NCBI GenBank assembly: GCA_000004695.1
Contig: CM000153.2
Span: 4,416,001-4,480,000 of the forward strand
Reading direction: 5' to 3'
DNA length: 64,000 nucleotides
Source: Dictyostelium discoideum
Taxonomy: Eukaryota
Notes under the pieces: model-generated
Database searches by the model: none
Told to the model about the DNA's origin: nothing
The model's input: the letters and a program-made list of their open reading frames with translations, nothing else
Part shown: positions 34,057 through 47,868 of the stretch, piece after piece
Layout: each line of letters starts with the position of its first letter
How positions within the stretch are numbered: position 1 is the first letter of the stretch
Translations under genes and position numbers: made by a program

Positions 34057-34462
34057 GAAGATAAAAAAGATTTGGTGAGATTACAGAATTTGCTACCACT
34101 CATTTGCGGTTGTTTTTTTTTTTTTTCCTTTTTTTTTTTTTTTTTACTTCTCAAAATTTAATTAAAAAAAAAAAAAAAAAAAAAAAAAATGTTTTAAAAA
34201 AATCAAAAATTTGAAAAAAAAAAAATCAAAAAAAATCAAAATATTTGCAGCATATGAAAAAAAATTAAAAATATACCGTTGTGACAAATTATTTTGAAAG
34301 TTATCGTGGTAAAATGGCAATATCTATTTATATAATCAATACAAATACAAGTTATATATATCTACATATAATTTGTTTGGAAAGATAAATAGGGAATAGT
34401 AATCGTGATATTTTAAAATACAAAAACACCAAAAAAAAAACCACACCCCCAAAACCCAAAAA

Positions 34463-34493
<31 letters not shown>

Positions 34494-35046
34494 TAAATAA
34501 ATAACTTGAGCGGTTTCAAATCAAAAAAAATAAATAAAAAAAATAAAAATAAAAATAAAAAAAATAAAAAAAATAAAAAAAAAAAAAAAAAAAAAAAAAG
34601 AAAAGAAAAAAAACAAAAAAATATGGAAAATCAGTTGGATACCCAATTTTTCAAATAATTTTTTTTATTTTTTATTTTAAAAAAAAAATTTTATTTTTTT
34701 TTTTTTATTTTTAATTTTTTTTTTTTTTTTTTTTGGTTTCTTACTTAAATAAAAAAAAAAAAAACAATTCATTTTTTTTTTTCAAAATAAGTTTTTGTTT
34801 ATAATATACAATAAATTAGATTTTTATTTTTAAATATAAAATCTTATTATTTGTTATTTTTTTCTATATTTATTTATTTATTTATATATACCACCCTTTA
34901 TTAAAATTACCTTGTTGTATTTATACTTTGTGTAAGTAAAAAAAAAATAAAAAAAAAAAAAAAAATTATTAAAAAATAAAAGAAGAAAATAAATGAATAA
35001 AACATATTAATTTTTTTCTATTTTAATTTTTTAAATTTTAGAAAAA

Positions 35047-35076
<30 letters not shown>

Positions 35077-35077
<1 letters not shown>

Positions 35078-38000
35078 TGAATCCAATTCATGATAGAACT
35101 TCAGATTATCACAAATACTTAAAAGTTAAACAAGGTGATTCTGATTTATTTAAACTTACTGTTTCAGATAAGAGATACATTTGGTATAATCCAGATCCAA
35201 AAGAAAGAGATTCATATGAATGTGGTGAAATTGTTTCAGAAACCTCTGATTCTTTCACATTCAAAACCGTTGATGGTCAAGACAGACAAGTCAAAAAGGA
35301 TGATGCCAATCAACGTAATCCAATCAAATTCGATGGTGTCGAAGATATGTCTGAATTATCATACCTCAATGAACCAGCAGTTTTCCACAATCTCCGTGTT
35401 CGTTACAATCAAGATTTAATTTACACCTATTCAGGTCTCTTTTTGGTTGCCGTCAATCCATTCAAGAGAATTCCAATCTACACTCAAGAGATGGTTGATA
35501 TCTTCAAAGGTCGTAGAAGAAATGAAGTTGCCCCACATATTTTCGCCATTTCTGATGTTGCCTATCGTTCAATGTTAGATGATCGTCAAAATCAATCACT
35601 CTTAATCACTGGTGAATCTGGTGCTGGTAAGACTGAAAACACCAAAAAGGTCATTCAATATCTTGCATCTGTCGCTGGTCGTAATCAAGCCAATGGTAGT
35701 GGTGTATTGGAACAACAAATTCTCCAAGCCAATCCAATCCTTGAAGCTTTTGGTAATGCCAAAACCACCCGTAACAACAATTCATCTCGTTTCGGTAAAT
35801 TCATTGAAATTCAATTCAACAGTGCTGGTTTCATTAGTGGTGCTTCAATTCAATCCTACCTTTTAGAGAAATCACGTGTCGTTTTCCAATCTGAAACCGA
35901 ACGTAATTATCACATTTTCTATCAACTCTTAGCTGGTGCCACCGCCGAAGAAAAGAAAGCTCTTCACTTGGCTGGTCCAGAATCATTCAACTACTTAAAT
36001 CAAAGTGGTTGTGTTGATATCAAAGGTGTCTCTGATAGTGAAGAATTCAAAATCACTCGTCAAGCTATGGACATTGTTGGTTTCTCACAAGAAGAACAAA
36101 TGTCAATCTTTAAGATCATTGCTGGTATCTTACATTTAGGTAACATCAAATTCGAAAAAGGTGCTGGTGAAGGTGCTGTCCTCAAAGACAAAACCGCCCT
36201 CAACGCTGCTTCAACCGTCTTTGGTGTCAATCCATCAGTCCTTGAAAAGGCTCTCATGGAACCACGTATTTTAGCCGGTCGTGATTTAGTTGCTCAACAT
36301 CTCAACGTTGAAAAATCCTCATCATCAAGAGACGCTCTTGTCAAAGCTCTCTATGGTCGTCTTTTCCTCTGGTTGGTCAAAAAGATCAACAATGTCCTCT
36401 GTCAAGAGAGAAAAGCTTACTTTATTGGTGTTTTGGATATTTCAGGTTTTGAAATTTTCAAAGTCAATTCATTCGAACAATTATGTATCAATTATACCAA
36501 TGAAAAACTCCAACAATTCTTCAATCACCATATGTTCAAATTGGAACAAGAAGAATATCTTAAAGAGAAAATCAATTGGACTTTCATCGATTTTGGTCTT
36601 GATTCACAAGCCACTATCGATTTAATTGATGGTCGTCAACCACCAGGTATTTTAGCTCTTTTGGATGAACAATCTGTTTTCCCAAATGCCACCGATAATA
36701 CTTTAATCACCAAACTCCACAGTCACTTTAGCAAGAAGAACGCCAAATACGAAGAACCACGTTTCTCCAAAACCGAATTTGGTGTTACCCATTATGCTGG
36801 TCAAGTCATGTATGAGATTCAAGATTGGTTAGAAAAGAACAAAGATCCATTACAACAAGATCTCGAACTTTGCTTCAAAGATTCATCAGACAACGTTGTC
36901 ACCAAACTTTTCAATGATCCAAACATTGCCAGTCGTGCAAAGAAAGGTGCAAACTTTATCACTGTCGCCGCTCAATACAAGGAACAATTAGCCTCACTCA
37001 TGGCCACCCTTGAAACCACCAACCCACATTTCGTTCGTTGTATCATTCCAAACAACAAACAATTACCAGCCAAACTCGAAGATAAAGTTGTCCTCGACCA
37101 ATTACGTTGCAATGGTGTCCTCGAAGGTATTCGTATTACTCGTAAAGGTTTCCCAAATCGTATTATCTATGCCGATTTCGTCAAACGTTACTATTTATTA
37201 GCTCCAAACGTTCCAAGAGACGCTGAAGACTCACAAAAAGCCACCGATGCTGTTCTCAAACATCTTAACATTGATCCAGAACAATATCGTTTCGGTATCA
37301 CCAAGATTTTCTTCCGTGCCGGTCAATTAGCTCGTATTGAAGAAGCTCGTGAACAACGTATCTCTGAAATCATCAAAGCCATTCAAGCTGCCACTCGTGG
37401 TTGGATCGCTCGTAAAGTCTACAAACAAGCACGTGAACACACTGTTGCTGCTCGTATCATCCAACAAAATCTCCGTGCTTACATTGATTTCAAATCATGG
37501 CCATGGTGGAAACTCTTCTCAAAGGCTCGTCCATTATTAAAGAGAAGAAACTTTGAAAAGGAAATCAAAGAAAAGGAAAGAGAAATCTTAGAACTCAAAT
37601 CTAATCTCACCGACTCTACCACTCAAAAGGATAAATTAGAGAAATCACTCAAAGATACTGAATCCAATGTACTCGATCTCCAACGTCAACTCAAAGCTGA
37701 AAAAGAAACCCTCAAAGCTATGTACGATAGCAAGGATGCCTTAGAAGCTCAAAAACGTGAATTAGAAATCCGTGTTGAAGATATGGAATCTGAACTCGAC
37801 GAAAAGAAATTAGCTTTGGAAAACCTCCAAAACCAAAAACGTTCAGTCGAAGAAAAAGTCAGAGACTTGGAAGAAGAATTACAAGAGGAACAAAAATTAC
37901 GTAATACCCTTGAAAAATTAAAGAAGAAATACGAAGAGGAATTAGAAGAAATGAAACGTGTCAATGACGGTCAATCTGATACCATCTCTCGTTTAGAAAA

Positions 38001-41000
38001 AATCAAGGATGAATTACAAAAAGAAGTTGAAGAATTAACTGAAAGCTTCTCTGAAGAATCCAAAGATAAAGGTGTTTTAGAAAAGACTCGTGTCAGATTA
38101 CAAAGTGAATTGGATGATTTAACCGTAAGATTAGATAGTGAAACCAAAGACAAATCTGAATTACTCCGTCAAAAGAAGAAACTCGAAGAAGAACTCAAAC
38201 AAGTTCAAGAAGCTCTCGCTGCTGAAACTGCTGCTAAATTAGCTCAAGAAGCTGCCAACAAGAAATTACAAGGTGAATACACTGAATTAAACGAAAAATT
38301 CAACTCTGAAGTCACTGCTCGTTCAAATGTTGAAAAATCAAAGAAGACCCTCGAAAGTCAATTGGTTGCCGTCAACAACGAATTAGATGAAGAGAAGAAG
38401 AATCGTGATGCCCTTGAAAAGAAGAAGAAAGCTTTAGACGCTATGTTAGAGGAAATGAAAGATCAATTAGAATCCACTGGTGGTGAAAAGAAATCACTCT
38501 ATGATCTCAAAGTTAAACAAGAATCAGATATGGAGGCTTTACGTAATCAAATCTCTGAACTCCAATCAACTATTGCCAAATTAGAAAAGATTAAATCCAC
38601 TTTAGAAGGTGAAGTTGCTCGTTTACAAGGTGAATTAGAAGCTGAACAATTAGCCAAATCCAACGTTGAAAAACAAAAGAAGAAGGTTGAATTAGATTTG
38701 GAAGATAAATCTGCTCAATTAGCTGAAGAAACCGCCGCCAAACAAGCTTTAGATAAATTAAAGAAGAAATTAGAACAAGAATTATCTGAAGTTCAAACTC
38801 AACTCTCTGAAGCCAACAACAAGAATGTCAACTCTGATTCCACCAACAAACATTTGGAAACCTCTTTCAATAATCTCAAATTAGAATTGGAAGCTGAACA
38901 AAAAGCCAAACAAGCTCTTGAAAAGAAACGTCTCGGTTTAGAATCTGAATTAAAACATGTCAATGAACAATTGGAAGAAGAAAAGAAACAAAAAGAATCC
39001 AACGAAAAACGTAAAGTTGATTTAGAAAAGGAAGTCTCTGAACTCAAAGACCAAATTGAAGAAGAAGTTGCCTCCAAGAAAGCTGTCACTGAAGCCAAGA
39101 ACAAGAAAGAATCTGAACTCGATGAAATCAAGAGACAATATGCTGATGTTGTTTCATCTCGTGATAAATCAGTCGAACAATTAAAGACCTTACAAGCCAA
39201 GAATGAAGAATTAAGAAACACTGCTGAAGAAGCTGAAGGTCAATTAGATCGTGCTGAAAGAAGCAAGAAGAAAGCTGAATTCGATTTAGAAGAAGCCGTC
39301 AAGAATTTGGAAGAAGAAACCGCCAAGAAAGTTAAAGCTGAAAAAGCCATGAAGAAAGCTGAAACTGACTATCGTTCAACCAAATCTGAATTGGATGATG
39401 CCAAGAACGTCTCATCTGAACAATACGTTCAAATCAAACGTCTCAATGAAGAACTCTCTGAATTACGTAGTGTCTTGGAAGAAGCTGATGAACGTTGTAA
39501 CTCTGCCATCAAAGCAAAGAAAACCGCTGAATCTGCTTTAGAATCATTGAAAGATGAAATTGATGCTGCCAACAACGCCAAAGCTAAAGCTGAAAGAAAA
39601 TCCAAAGAATTAGAAGTTCGTGTCGCTGAATTAGAAGAATCATTGGAAGATAAATCTGGTACCGTCAATGTTGAATTCATTCGTAAGAAGGATGCTGAAA
39701 TCGATGATTTACGTGCTCGTCTCGACAGAGAAACTGAAAGTCGTATCAAATCTGATGAAGATAAGAAGAACACTCGTAAACAATTTGCTGATTTAGAAGC
39801 TAAGGTTGAAGAAGCTCAACGTGAAGTTGTCACCATCGATAGATTAAAGAAGAAACTCGAATCTGATATCATCGATTTATCAACTCAATTGGATACTGAA
39901 ACCAAATCTCGTATCAAGATTGAAAAGAGCAAGAAGAAACTCGAACAAACTCTCGCTGAAAGAAGAGCCGCTGAAGAAGGTTCATCCAAAGCTGCTGATG
40001 AAGAAATTCGTAAACAAGTCTGGCAAGAGGTTGATGAGTTACGTGCTCAATTAGATAGTGAACGTGCTGCTCTCAATGCTTCTGAAAAGAAGATCAAATC
40101 TTTGGTCGCCGAAGTCGATGAAGTCAAGGAACAATTAGAAGATGAAATCCTCGCCAAAGACAAATTAGTCAAAGCCAAACGTGCCCTCGAAGTTGAATTA
40201 GAGGAAGTCAGAGACCAATTAGAAGAGGAAGAAGATTCTCGTTCAGAATTAGAAGACAGCAAACGTCGTCTCACTACTGAAGTCGAAGATATCAAGAAGA
40301 AATACGATGCTGAAGTCGAACAAAACACCAAATTAGATGAAGCCAAGAAGAAACTCACTGATGATGTTGATACTCTCAAGAAACAATTGGAAGATGAAAA
40401 GAAGAAATTGAACGAATCTGAACGTGCCAAGAAACGTTTAGAATCTGAAAATGAAGATTTCCTTGCCAAACTTGATGCTGAAGTTAAGAATCGTTCACGT
40501 GCTGAAAAGGATCGTAAGAAATACGAAAAGGATCTCAAGGATACCAAATACAAATTAAACGACGAAGCTGCCACCAAGACTCAAACCGAAATTGGTGCCG
40601 CCAAACTCGAAGATCAAATCGATGAATTACGTTCCAAACTTGAACAAGAACAAGCCAAAGCCACTCAAGCCGATAAGAGTAAGAAGACTTTGGAAGGTGA
40701 AATTGACAACTTACGTGCTCAAATCGAAGATGAAGGTAAGATCAAGATGAGATTAGAAAAAGAAAAACGTGCTCTCGAAGGTGAATTAGAAGAATTAAGA
40801 GAAACCGTTGAAGAAGCTGAAGACTCTAAATCTGAAGCTGAACAATCCAAACGTTTAGTCGAATTAGAATTAGAAGATGCTCGTCGTAACCTCCAAAAAG
40901 AAATCGATGCCAAAGAAATCGCTGAAGATGCCAAATCTAACCTCCAACGTGAAATCGTCGAAGCCAAAGGTCGTCTCGAAGAAGAATCCATCGCTCGTAC

Positions 41001-41427
41001 CAACTCTGATCGTTCAAGAAAGAGACTCGAAGCTGAAATTGATGCCCTCACTGCTCAAGTTGATGCTGAACAAAAAGCCAAGAATCAACAAATCAAAGAA
41101 AACAAGAAGATCGAAACCGAACTCAAAGAATACAGAAAGAAATTCGGCGAATCAGAAAAGACCAAGACCAAAGAATTCCTCGTTGTCGAAAAACTCGAAA
41201 CAGATTACAAGAGAGCCAAGAAAGAAGCTGCTGATGAACAACAACAACGTCTTACTGTTGAAAACGATCTCCGTAAACACCTCAGTGAAATCTCATTACT
41301 CAAAGATGCCATTGATAAGTTACAACGTGATCACGATAAGACCAAACGTGAATTGGAAACAGAAACTGCCAGCAAAATCGAAATGCAAAGAAAGATGGCC
41401 GATTTCTTTGGTGGTTTCAAAGCTTAA
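35077..41427 (+). CDS. mhcA: Myosin II heavy chain (non-muscle, conventional myosin), 2116 aa, single exon.
   Basis: MNPIHDRTSDYHKYLKVKQ.. start. P-loop GESGAGKTENTKK, switch regions, IQ motif, then about 1300 aa of coiled-coil rod. The 2116-aa length equals the D. discoideum myosin II heavy chain. The internal alternate-frame ORFs are artefacts. Confidence 0.97.
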
Positions 41428-41760
41428 ATCAATTTGATTTCTTCTTAATTCAATGCTAAAAAAAAAAATATTATAAAAAAAAAAACACACACAACAAATA
41501 AATTAATAAATACCATTTATTAAAAAAAAAAAAAAAAAAAAAAAACCTATTTTAACAATTATTTTATTATTTTTATTTTTAGTTTTGTTAAAAAAAAAAT
41601 TATTATCTTTATTTATAATTATAAAAAATTTATCCAATGATCATTTTTTAACTTTTTTATTATTTAGTATATTAAATAAAATAGATCTAAAAATTAAATA
41701 AGTTTTTTTTTATTTCTTTTATTATTTTTTCTTTTTAATATTTAATACAAATTTGACTTA

Positions 41761-44700
41761 TTAATACAATTTTTTTAATTTTGAACCCAACTTGTTTTTG
41801 GTTAAAAGTAAATTGGTTCTGAATTTTTTAAAAATAATTGAACAAATAATTATAATACAAACAAAACCAACACAAGGGACAACAATTACCACTGGTAAAA
41901 ACCATTTGTCATGACCATCATCATCATCATTAATGCATTTTTTTATATTCAGAGCTAACTAATACAGAGAAATCTTTAGATTTAAATGTTAGTATTTTTT
42001 TTTTTTTATTTTTTTTTTTTATTTTTTTTTTTAATACATACCTGGATCAATTATACATTTCTTTGTACAATGAGGTAAATATAAACCAACAATAACACTT
42101 TGGTTATTATTGTTTTGAATGGTTGGTTGTTTAACAATTTTTGTTGTAATAAATGTTGGGTAACCATCACTAACAACTCTATTAATAAAACGACCATATA
42201 AAATTTTTTTATTTTTTGAAATAATAATATAATTGGTCATTTTCTATTTGGCTTGTATCTATTTTGGTTTCCTCCAGATTACATTCATTAGGTTTATTGA
42301 TTTTGTCATCATCACTTACAATCGATTCCATTTGAAGTTGTAATGTATTTAGGGAGCTAATATATGGGTAATTTTCAATAACAATTGATATTTTAATTGA
42401 GTTTGCATCTAAAGTTAAATTCAATCCACCAAAGGAGTGTTCTCTTGTGGTTTTTACTTCCTCTATAGTATAAATTACATTACAATCGGTACCATTTAAT
42501 GTATGGTTGAATATAAATAAATTATTTATTGAATTGTCGGTAGTCCAGTTTTTAAAATTATTTTCTTTTACAATTTTTTGATTAAAATCATATTCAACCA
42601 AAGATAATAGTTTAATTTCATATGACGTTTTTTCATTATTTAAAACTGTTGAACCATCGGTTTTGTTAACATTGGTTTCAGAGTCAGGAGGTCTAATTGG
42701 TCCAGATGTTTCACTTGGAGTTGAGGAGGTGGTAGTAGGAGAGGTGGTTGAGGAAGGAGGATTATTGTTTTTAGCATTACAATCGAAGCCACCCCAACCT
42801 GAATTACATTTACATTCACCCACCAACGTATTACAAACTCCATGGCCAGAGCAATCATTTGGGCATTTATACACCATTTCAGAGTAATGGTAAATATCTT
42901 TTGCTATATATACAATACCATTTTGAGTTAGATTTACAGATTTTGTACCTGATCCAGCACCAATTGAGCAAGAGGCATATGAACTATTTATAATGAAATT
43001 GTTACAATCTAAATTTCCTATTCGAATAGTTAAATTATTATGTGAGAATCCAAACCAGCCAAATATTTGAACTAATCCACCATCTGTTGAAGATGGAATA
43101 ACTGATGAAATGTATTGTAGAGGTGTCTCACAATGTTGTCCAGTATAAAGTTTATTACATGTACAAATACCAGTTTTATTATTACAAACATTATCTATTG
43201 CATCTATTTCACTACAACCACCACAATCAATAAAAGGTAAATCACAATTTAAACCTTGATGATTATTATCACAAATGCAAATACCAGTTTGATTATTACA
43301 TTGTCCAAAAGCACCACAAAATAATTCACCACCATATAGGCAATTATTTATTAAAATTGAACAATCATTTCCTTTATATTCACTATTACAAATACATGAT
43401 CCATTGCCAGTAAAACAAATACCATTATTACAATCAACTGAACACATAGTAACATTATTAATTACTTGACCCCTCTCAATTGTAACTTGAGTAGTCAAAC
43501 CAAACGAGGTTAATAAAACAATTCTATATGGTTTTAATTGACTAAAGCCCATCAAACAATTTATTTCATTGAAAGTAGTGGATAAAATTTGACAATCATT
43601 ACCATCAATTGTAATTGAAATATCACTTTTATTATAAGAATAGAATGATCCAATAAAAGTATATGTATTCCCAACAAGAGGAGATGTTATTGTTTCAATA
43701 ATTGGATAGTTTGAATAAGTAGATAATGTATAATTTTTACCTATAAATTCAAAAGTAATAGCTTTTTTAGATCCTATATTGGTTACTTGGCCTTGAAATA
43801 ACTTGTTTGGTTTTATCATTGACATTGTGTTGGGTTGATTAGAGATTGGAATTTTGTAACCTAAATTTTCTCCCCATAGAGTAAAACTATTGTTTATAAA
43901 TATTATATTTGGTATTGGTGAGTTATTTATACATTTTGGAAAATTTAATTCTGAAACACTGGTGTTTTTAATTAAATAAGAAAGTACATCATATTGTGAA
44001 CTCATATAACCTTTTATTTTTTTTTTATATTTTCAAATTTCCAAAAAAAAAAATTAATAAAAATAATAACAAAAAGAAATTAAAAACTATAATAATAATA
44101 ATATACGTACATGAATAACAAACTGGTATATTAGTTATACCAATATTAAATGAAACATTTAAAAGGGTATTACAAAAACTATCGGGTATTGAGCCTTGAA
44201 AGTTATTATAAACAAAATTTCTAAAAATTATTGTTTGATTAGTTATTTTTTTTTTATAGATAATTTTAAAATAAAAATAATGATAATTACAAATTCGCTG
44301 TACTATTTAACAAAAAGTCTGGTAATGGTCCTGACAACGAATTTTTTCCAAGATTCACCGATTTAACATTCATAAATATATTTTTATTTGGAATAGTGGC
44401 AATTCCACCATTGGCTATTATAAATTCTTGTAAAGATCCTGGAAGATTTGTTAATGGAAGAGCAGAGTTTAAGATTGGAAAAACAAAACTGTTTGAAGAG
44501 GGATTTATTTTACTATAAAAATTATTGATATAAAATAATATTAATTATTAAAAAAAAAAAAAAAATTAAATAAAAAAAAATATCAATAATAATATATACA
44601 TACAAATATTTTAGTTGTTTTGAATTTGATAAATCAATTGTCGAATTCAATGGGCTTATATAACCATATAAAGAACTAATATTAGTAATAATAACAATTA

Positions 44701-45494
44701 TAAAGTATTAGTATTGAAATTTATATCAATTATAAAATAGTAATTATATATATGCACTTACAAAGATTCACAAAGGTTTGGATTTAAAAATAATGATAAT
44801 GGAAAGTCAATAAAACTTTGTAATGAATGAATGACCAAATTCTTTACAGATGAATAGGTATTTATATTATTACCATTTATTGGATTGGATACAATCATTA
44901 AAGTCCTAAAAGTTTTTTTTTTTTTTAAAATTAAAAAAAAAATTAATTTGGGATTAAATTTTAAAAGAATAATAATTAATAATTTTCTTACAATAATTCA
45001 ATTGAAATATTTGTGAAATCAGGAACAGATCTAACATGCATTTGAATGGTCTCTACACTATATTTTGGTTGGCTTGGATCAAAATCTTCTAAAGTTGGGA
45101 GAATATTGTCAAGTTGAGGATAAATATTACTAGGTAAAAGTATGGAAAAATAATTCAAGTGATTAAATATTTTTCTACTAATAACCCCATTATAATTATT
45201 TAATGGTTCTTCTAAAACTAAATATCTATTTTTATTTTATTTTATTTTATTTTATTTTATTTTATTTTTTTTTAAAAATTTATTGGTTAAAATATATGTC
45301 AATTTAGAAAAAAAAAAAAAAAAAACTTTTAAGTTATCAAAAAACCTACAATTTTGTTAAATTTTTTGGTAATGTTGTAGGAATAGTAATATTTTTACAA
45401 AAAAAAAAATTAATAGCTGAAATGGAAGTATCAAAAAAAGCCTCTCCATCAGAAATGGTATAATTATACAATATCCTTTAATAATAATAATAAT

Positions 45495-45546
<52 letters not shown>

Positions 45547-45972
45547 TAATAATAAAAATAATAATAATAAAATAAATAAAAAAATAATAGTTAGTAAAGA
45601 TTTTTAATTTGCTTTTTTTTTTTTTTTTTTTTTTTTAACTAACATTGAGTTTAATCTTCCAAAACATTTAAAATTTTGTTGTGAAATTGGATTAAGAAGT
45701 TGGGAAGCTTTAAGAGTAATACGTGTAATATAATAAATTGAATCTCCTATCTCATCCACATCTTGTTCACAAATAAATGAATCACTTGAACAAATAGATA
45801 CCGAATATGATTGAATGCTATTTTCAAAATAGCTGATAAAATCGTTTGATTTTCCTGTGACTGAAATTAAATTTTTTAAACAAATTTGATCATCATTTGA
45901 AATATATTGGTATGTATTGGAAAAAGAAACAAAATAATACAAATATATTAAAAGAACAAATATATAAACCTT
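41761..45972 (-). CDS. Receptor-like type I membrane protein (signal peptide, LRRs with a CxxC cap, EGF-like x4 / IPT-like, S/T/P stalk, TM), about 10 exons. The model has two frame discontinuities, so it may be a pseudogene or carry indel errors. Approximate exons (minus strand): 45972..45644, 45475..45350, 45225..44992, 44905..44761, 44675..44604, 44512..44291, 44220..44111, about 44020..42209 (the 598-aa ORF), 42240..42042, 41954..41761.
   Basis: Exon 1 is MQLKVYIFVLLIYLYYFVSFS (signal peptide). The LRR exons include NLGKNSLSGPLPDFLLNSTANL, NFQGSIPDSFCNTLLNVSFNIGITNIPVCYSC. The big exon has repeated CxCxxxxxGxxC EGF-like units (CICNSEYKGNDCS, CICDNNHQGLNCD, CTCNKLYTGQHCE, CKCNSGWGGFDCN). 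The last exons carry a juxtamembrane piece, the TM helix WFLPVVIVVPCVGFVCIIIICSIIF, then KKFR. Donors are GTTAGT, GTAGGT, GTAAGA, GTAAGT, GTATGT, GTAATT, GTACGT, GTATGT. The exon 4/5 phase mismatch and a +1 shift in an A-run at about 42200..42240 are noted in the findings. Confidence 0.5.
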
Positions 45973-45990
45973 TAGTTGCATTTTAATTAA

Positions 45991-46041
<51 letters not shown>

Positions 46042-46465
46042 CAAAACAAATATCTGATTTCAATGAATTGTTTTATTGCCAAAAAAAAAAATAAAAAAAA
46101 AATAAAACTGATTTTTTATTCAACCAAACACCAAAATAAGTTTCAAATAAAAAAAAAAAAAAAAAAAAAAATAAATCTTTTGTAATTGTTTTTATTATCA
46201 AAATTATGATTATTTATTTTTTTTTTTTTTTTTTTTTTTCCCCTGTTTTGTTTTTTATTTTTACTTAATTTAATGAGTTAAAGAATTATCCTATTTACAA
46301 ATAATTACTAATCCCACTTTTTGTTTTTTTTTTTTTTTTTGCCAAATGGTTTTTCTTTTTTTTTTTTTTTTTTTTTTTTAAATACACAATTAAACTAAAT
46401 AATATAAAATCGGACATAATTTTTTTCTTTGTTTTTTTTCTTGTTTTTTTTTTTTTTTCTTCTTT

Positions 46466-46729
46466 TTACATTCCTTTCCATAATCTTATTGTACCATCTA
46501 ATGAACCACTTGCGAATGATGCTCCGTCTGGAGAGAAACGGCAACAATTGACAGGACCATGATGTCCTTTATTCACTTCAATTTCATTGCCAGTGCTAAA
46601 ATCATAAACGTGAACCCAAAAATCACTACCACCAGCAATGAATTTTGAATTGTCAGGATGTAATGATGCACAATTAACATCAAATGGTAATGAGTAAACT
46701 TTTAATGGATAGAACCTAAAATAAATTAA

Positions 46730-46761
<32 letters not shown>

Positions 46762-47679
46762 AATCGTAACATGTTAATAATAATAATAATAATAATGGTG
46801 ATTAGTATTTGAATTTTTTTATTTTTTTTTTTCCTAAAAAAAAAGTAACATACGATTGAGCATCCCAAAAAGTTACTTCATTACCAGCGGTTGTAACTAA
46901 AAACCTTCTATCTTTACTAAATTCCATACTTGTGATTGAAGATTTTGCGCATAAAGAAACTTGTGTACCACTTCTTAAATCCCATATTCTAATTACCTCA
47001 TCTAAACCACCACTCAAGACAATATCATCATTATGTACACTCCATGTTGCTGTTTTAATCGTATTTGTATGTCCTGAAATTTGAAGTAATGGGTCATTTG
47101 GTCTCTCTAAATCGAATATTCTAAGTATCTTTTCACTACCACCTGTAACAACTCTACTATTATTATTTGAAAAATCTGCTGTCTTTACTATTGATTGATG
47201 TTCAATTGAAAGTATTTCACTACCGTTTAATGTATCCCATAATTTACTATAATAATAACAATTTTCAATTAATTTATGTGGGTGATTTTATTATTTATTA
47301 TTTATTATTTATTATTTATTATAGATTGTAAATTTCTTACACTGTATAATCAGCAGATGCTGTCAATGCTTGAGAAGCTGTAGAATTGAATCTTGATGAC
47401 CAAACTGCGCCTTTGTGGCCTTCAAAAGTTCCAATCCAATCACCATTCTCACCATTTCTGAGCATTGGTGACCCATCTAATTGAAAAGTTATATTAATAT
47501 ATATGCAACTTTTTTATTTATTTTTTATTTTTTATTTCTATTCCTTTTCACTTTTATTTAAATAATTAGTACAAACCTAAACATGCAGAAACTATAAAAC
47601 TACCATCTGAATTTTCATTACTAAATGATAAATCTGAAACTGGTCTTGAGTGACCTGAACAAATAAGGGGTTGCCTCAT
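46466..47679 (-). CDS. strap: Serine-threonine kinase receptor-associated protein (STRAP/UNRIP), a WD40 protein of about 293 aa. Exons (minus strand): 47679..47577, 47476..47341, 47246..46854, 46715..46466.
   Basis: [20 protein letters not shown].. (human: MRQTPLTCSGHTRPVVDLAFS). ..[26 protein letters not shown]... ..[48 protein letters not shown] (human: [47 protein letters not shown]). Donors GTTTGT, GTAAGA, GTATGT; phases 1, 2, 2 are consistent. Confidence 0.8.
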
Positions 47680-47828
47680 TATATGTGTGTATATATATAT
47701 GTGAAATGAAGAGTTTGTTTTTTTTTATTTTTTTTTATTTTTATTGGTATAAATATATTGAATATGTATTACTTTTAGTTGTAAACTAAGTGAGAAAATG
47801 CTCGTGTGCGCGTGGGTGCAAGTGATAA

Positions 47829-47868
<40 letters not shown>

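Noticed and set aside
35135-41437. Numerous alternate-frame and antisense ORFs of 60-186 aa inside mhcA.
   Set aside because: All are nested within the continuous 2116-aa myosin frame and have no independent start or splice signals.
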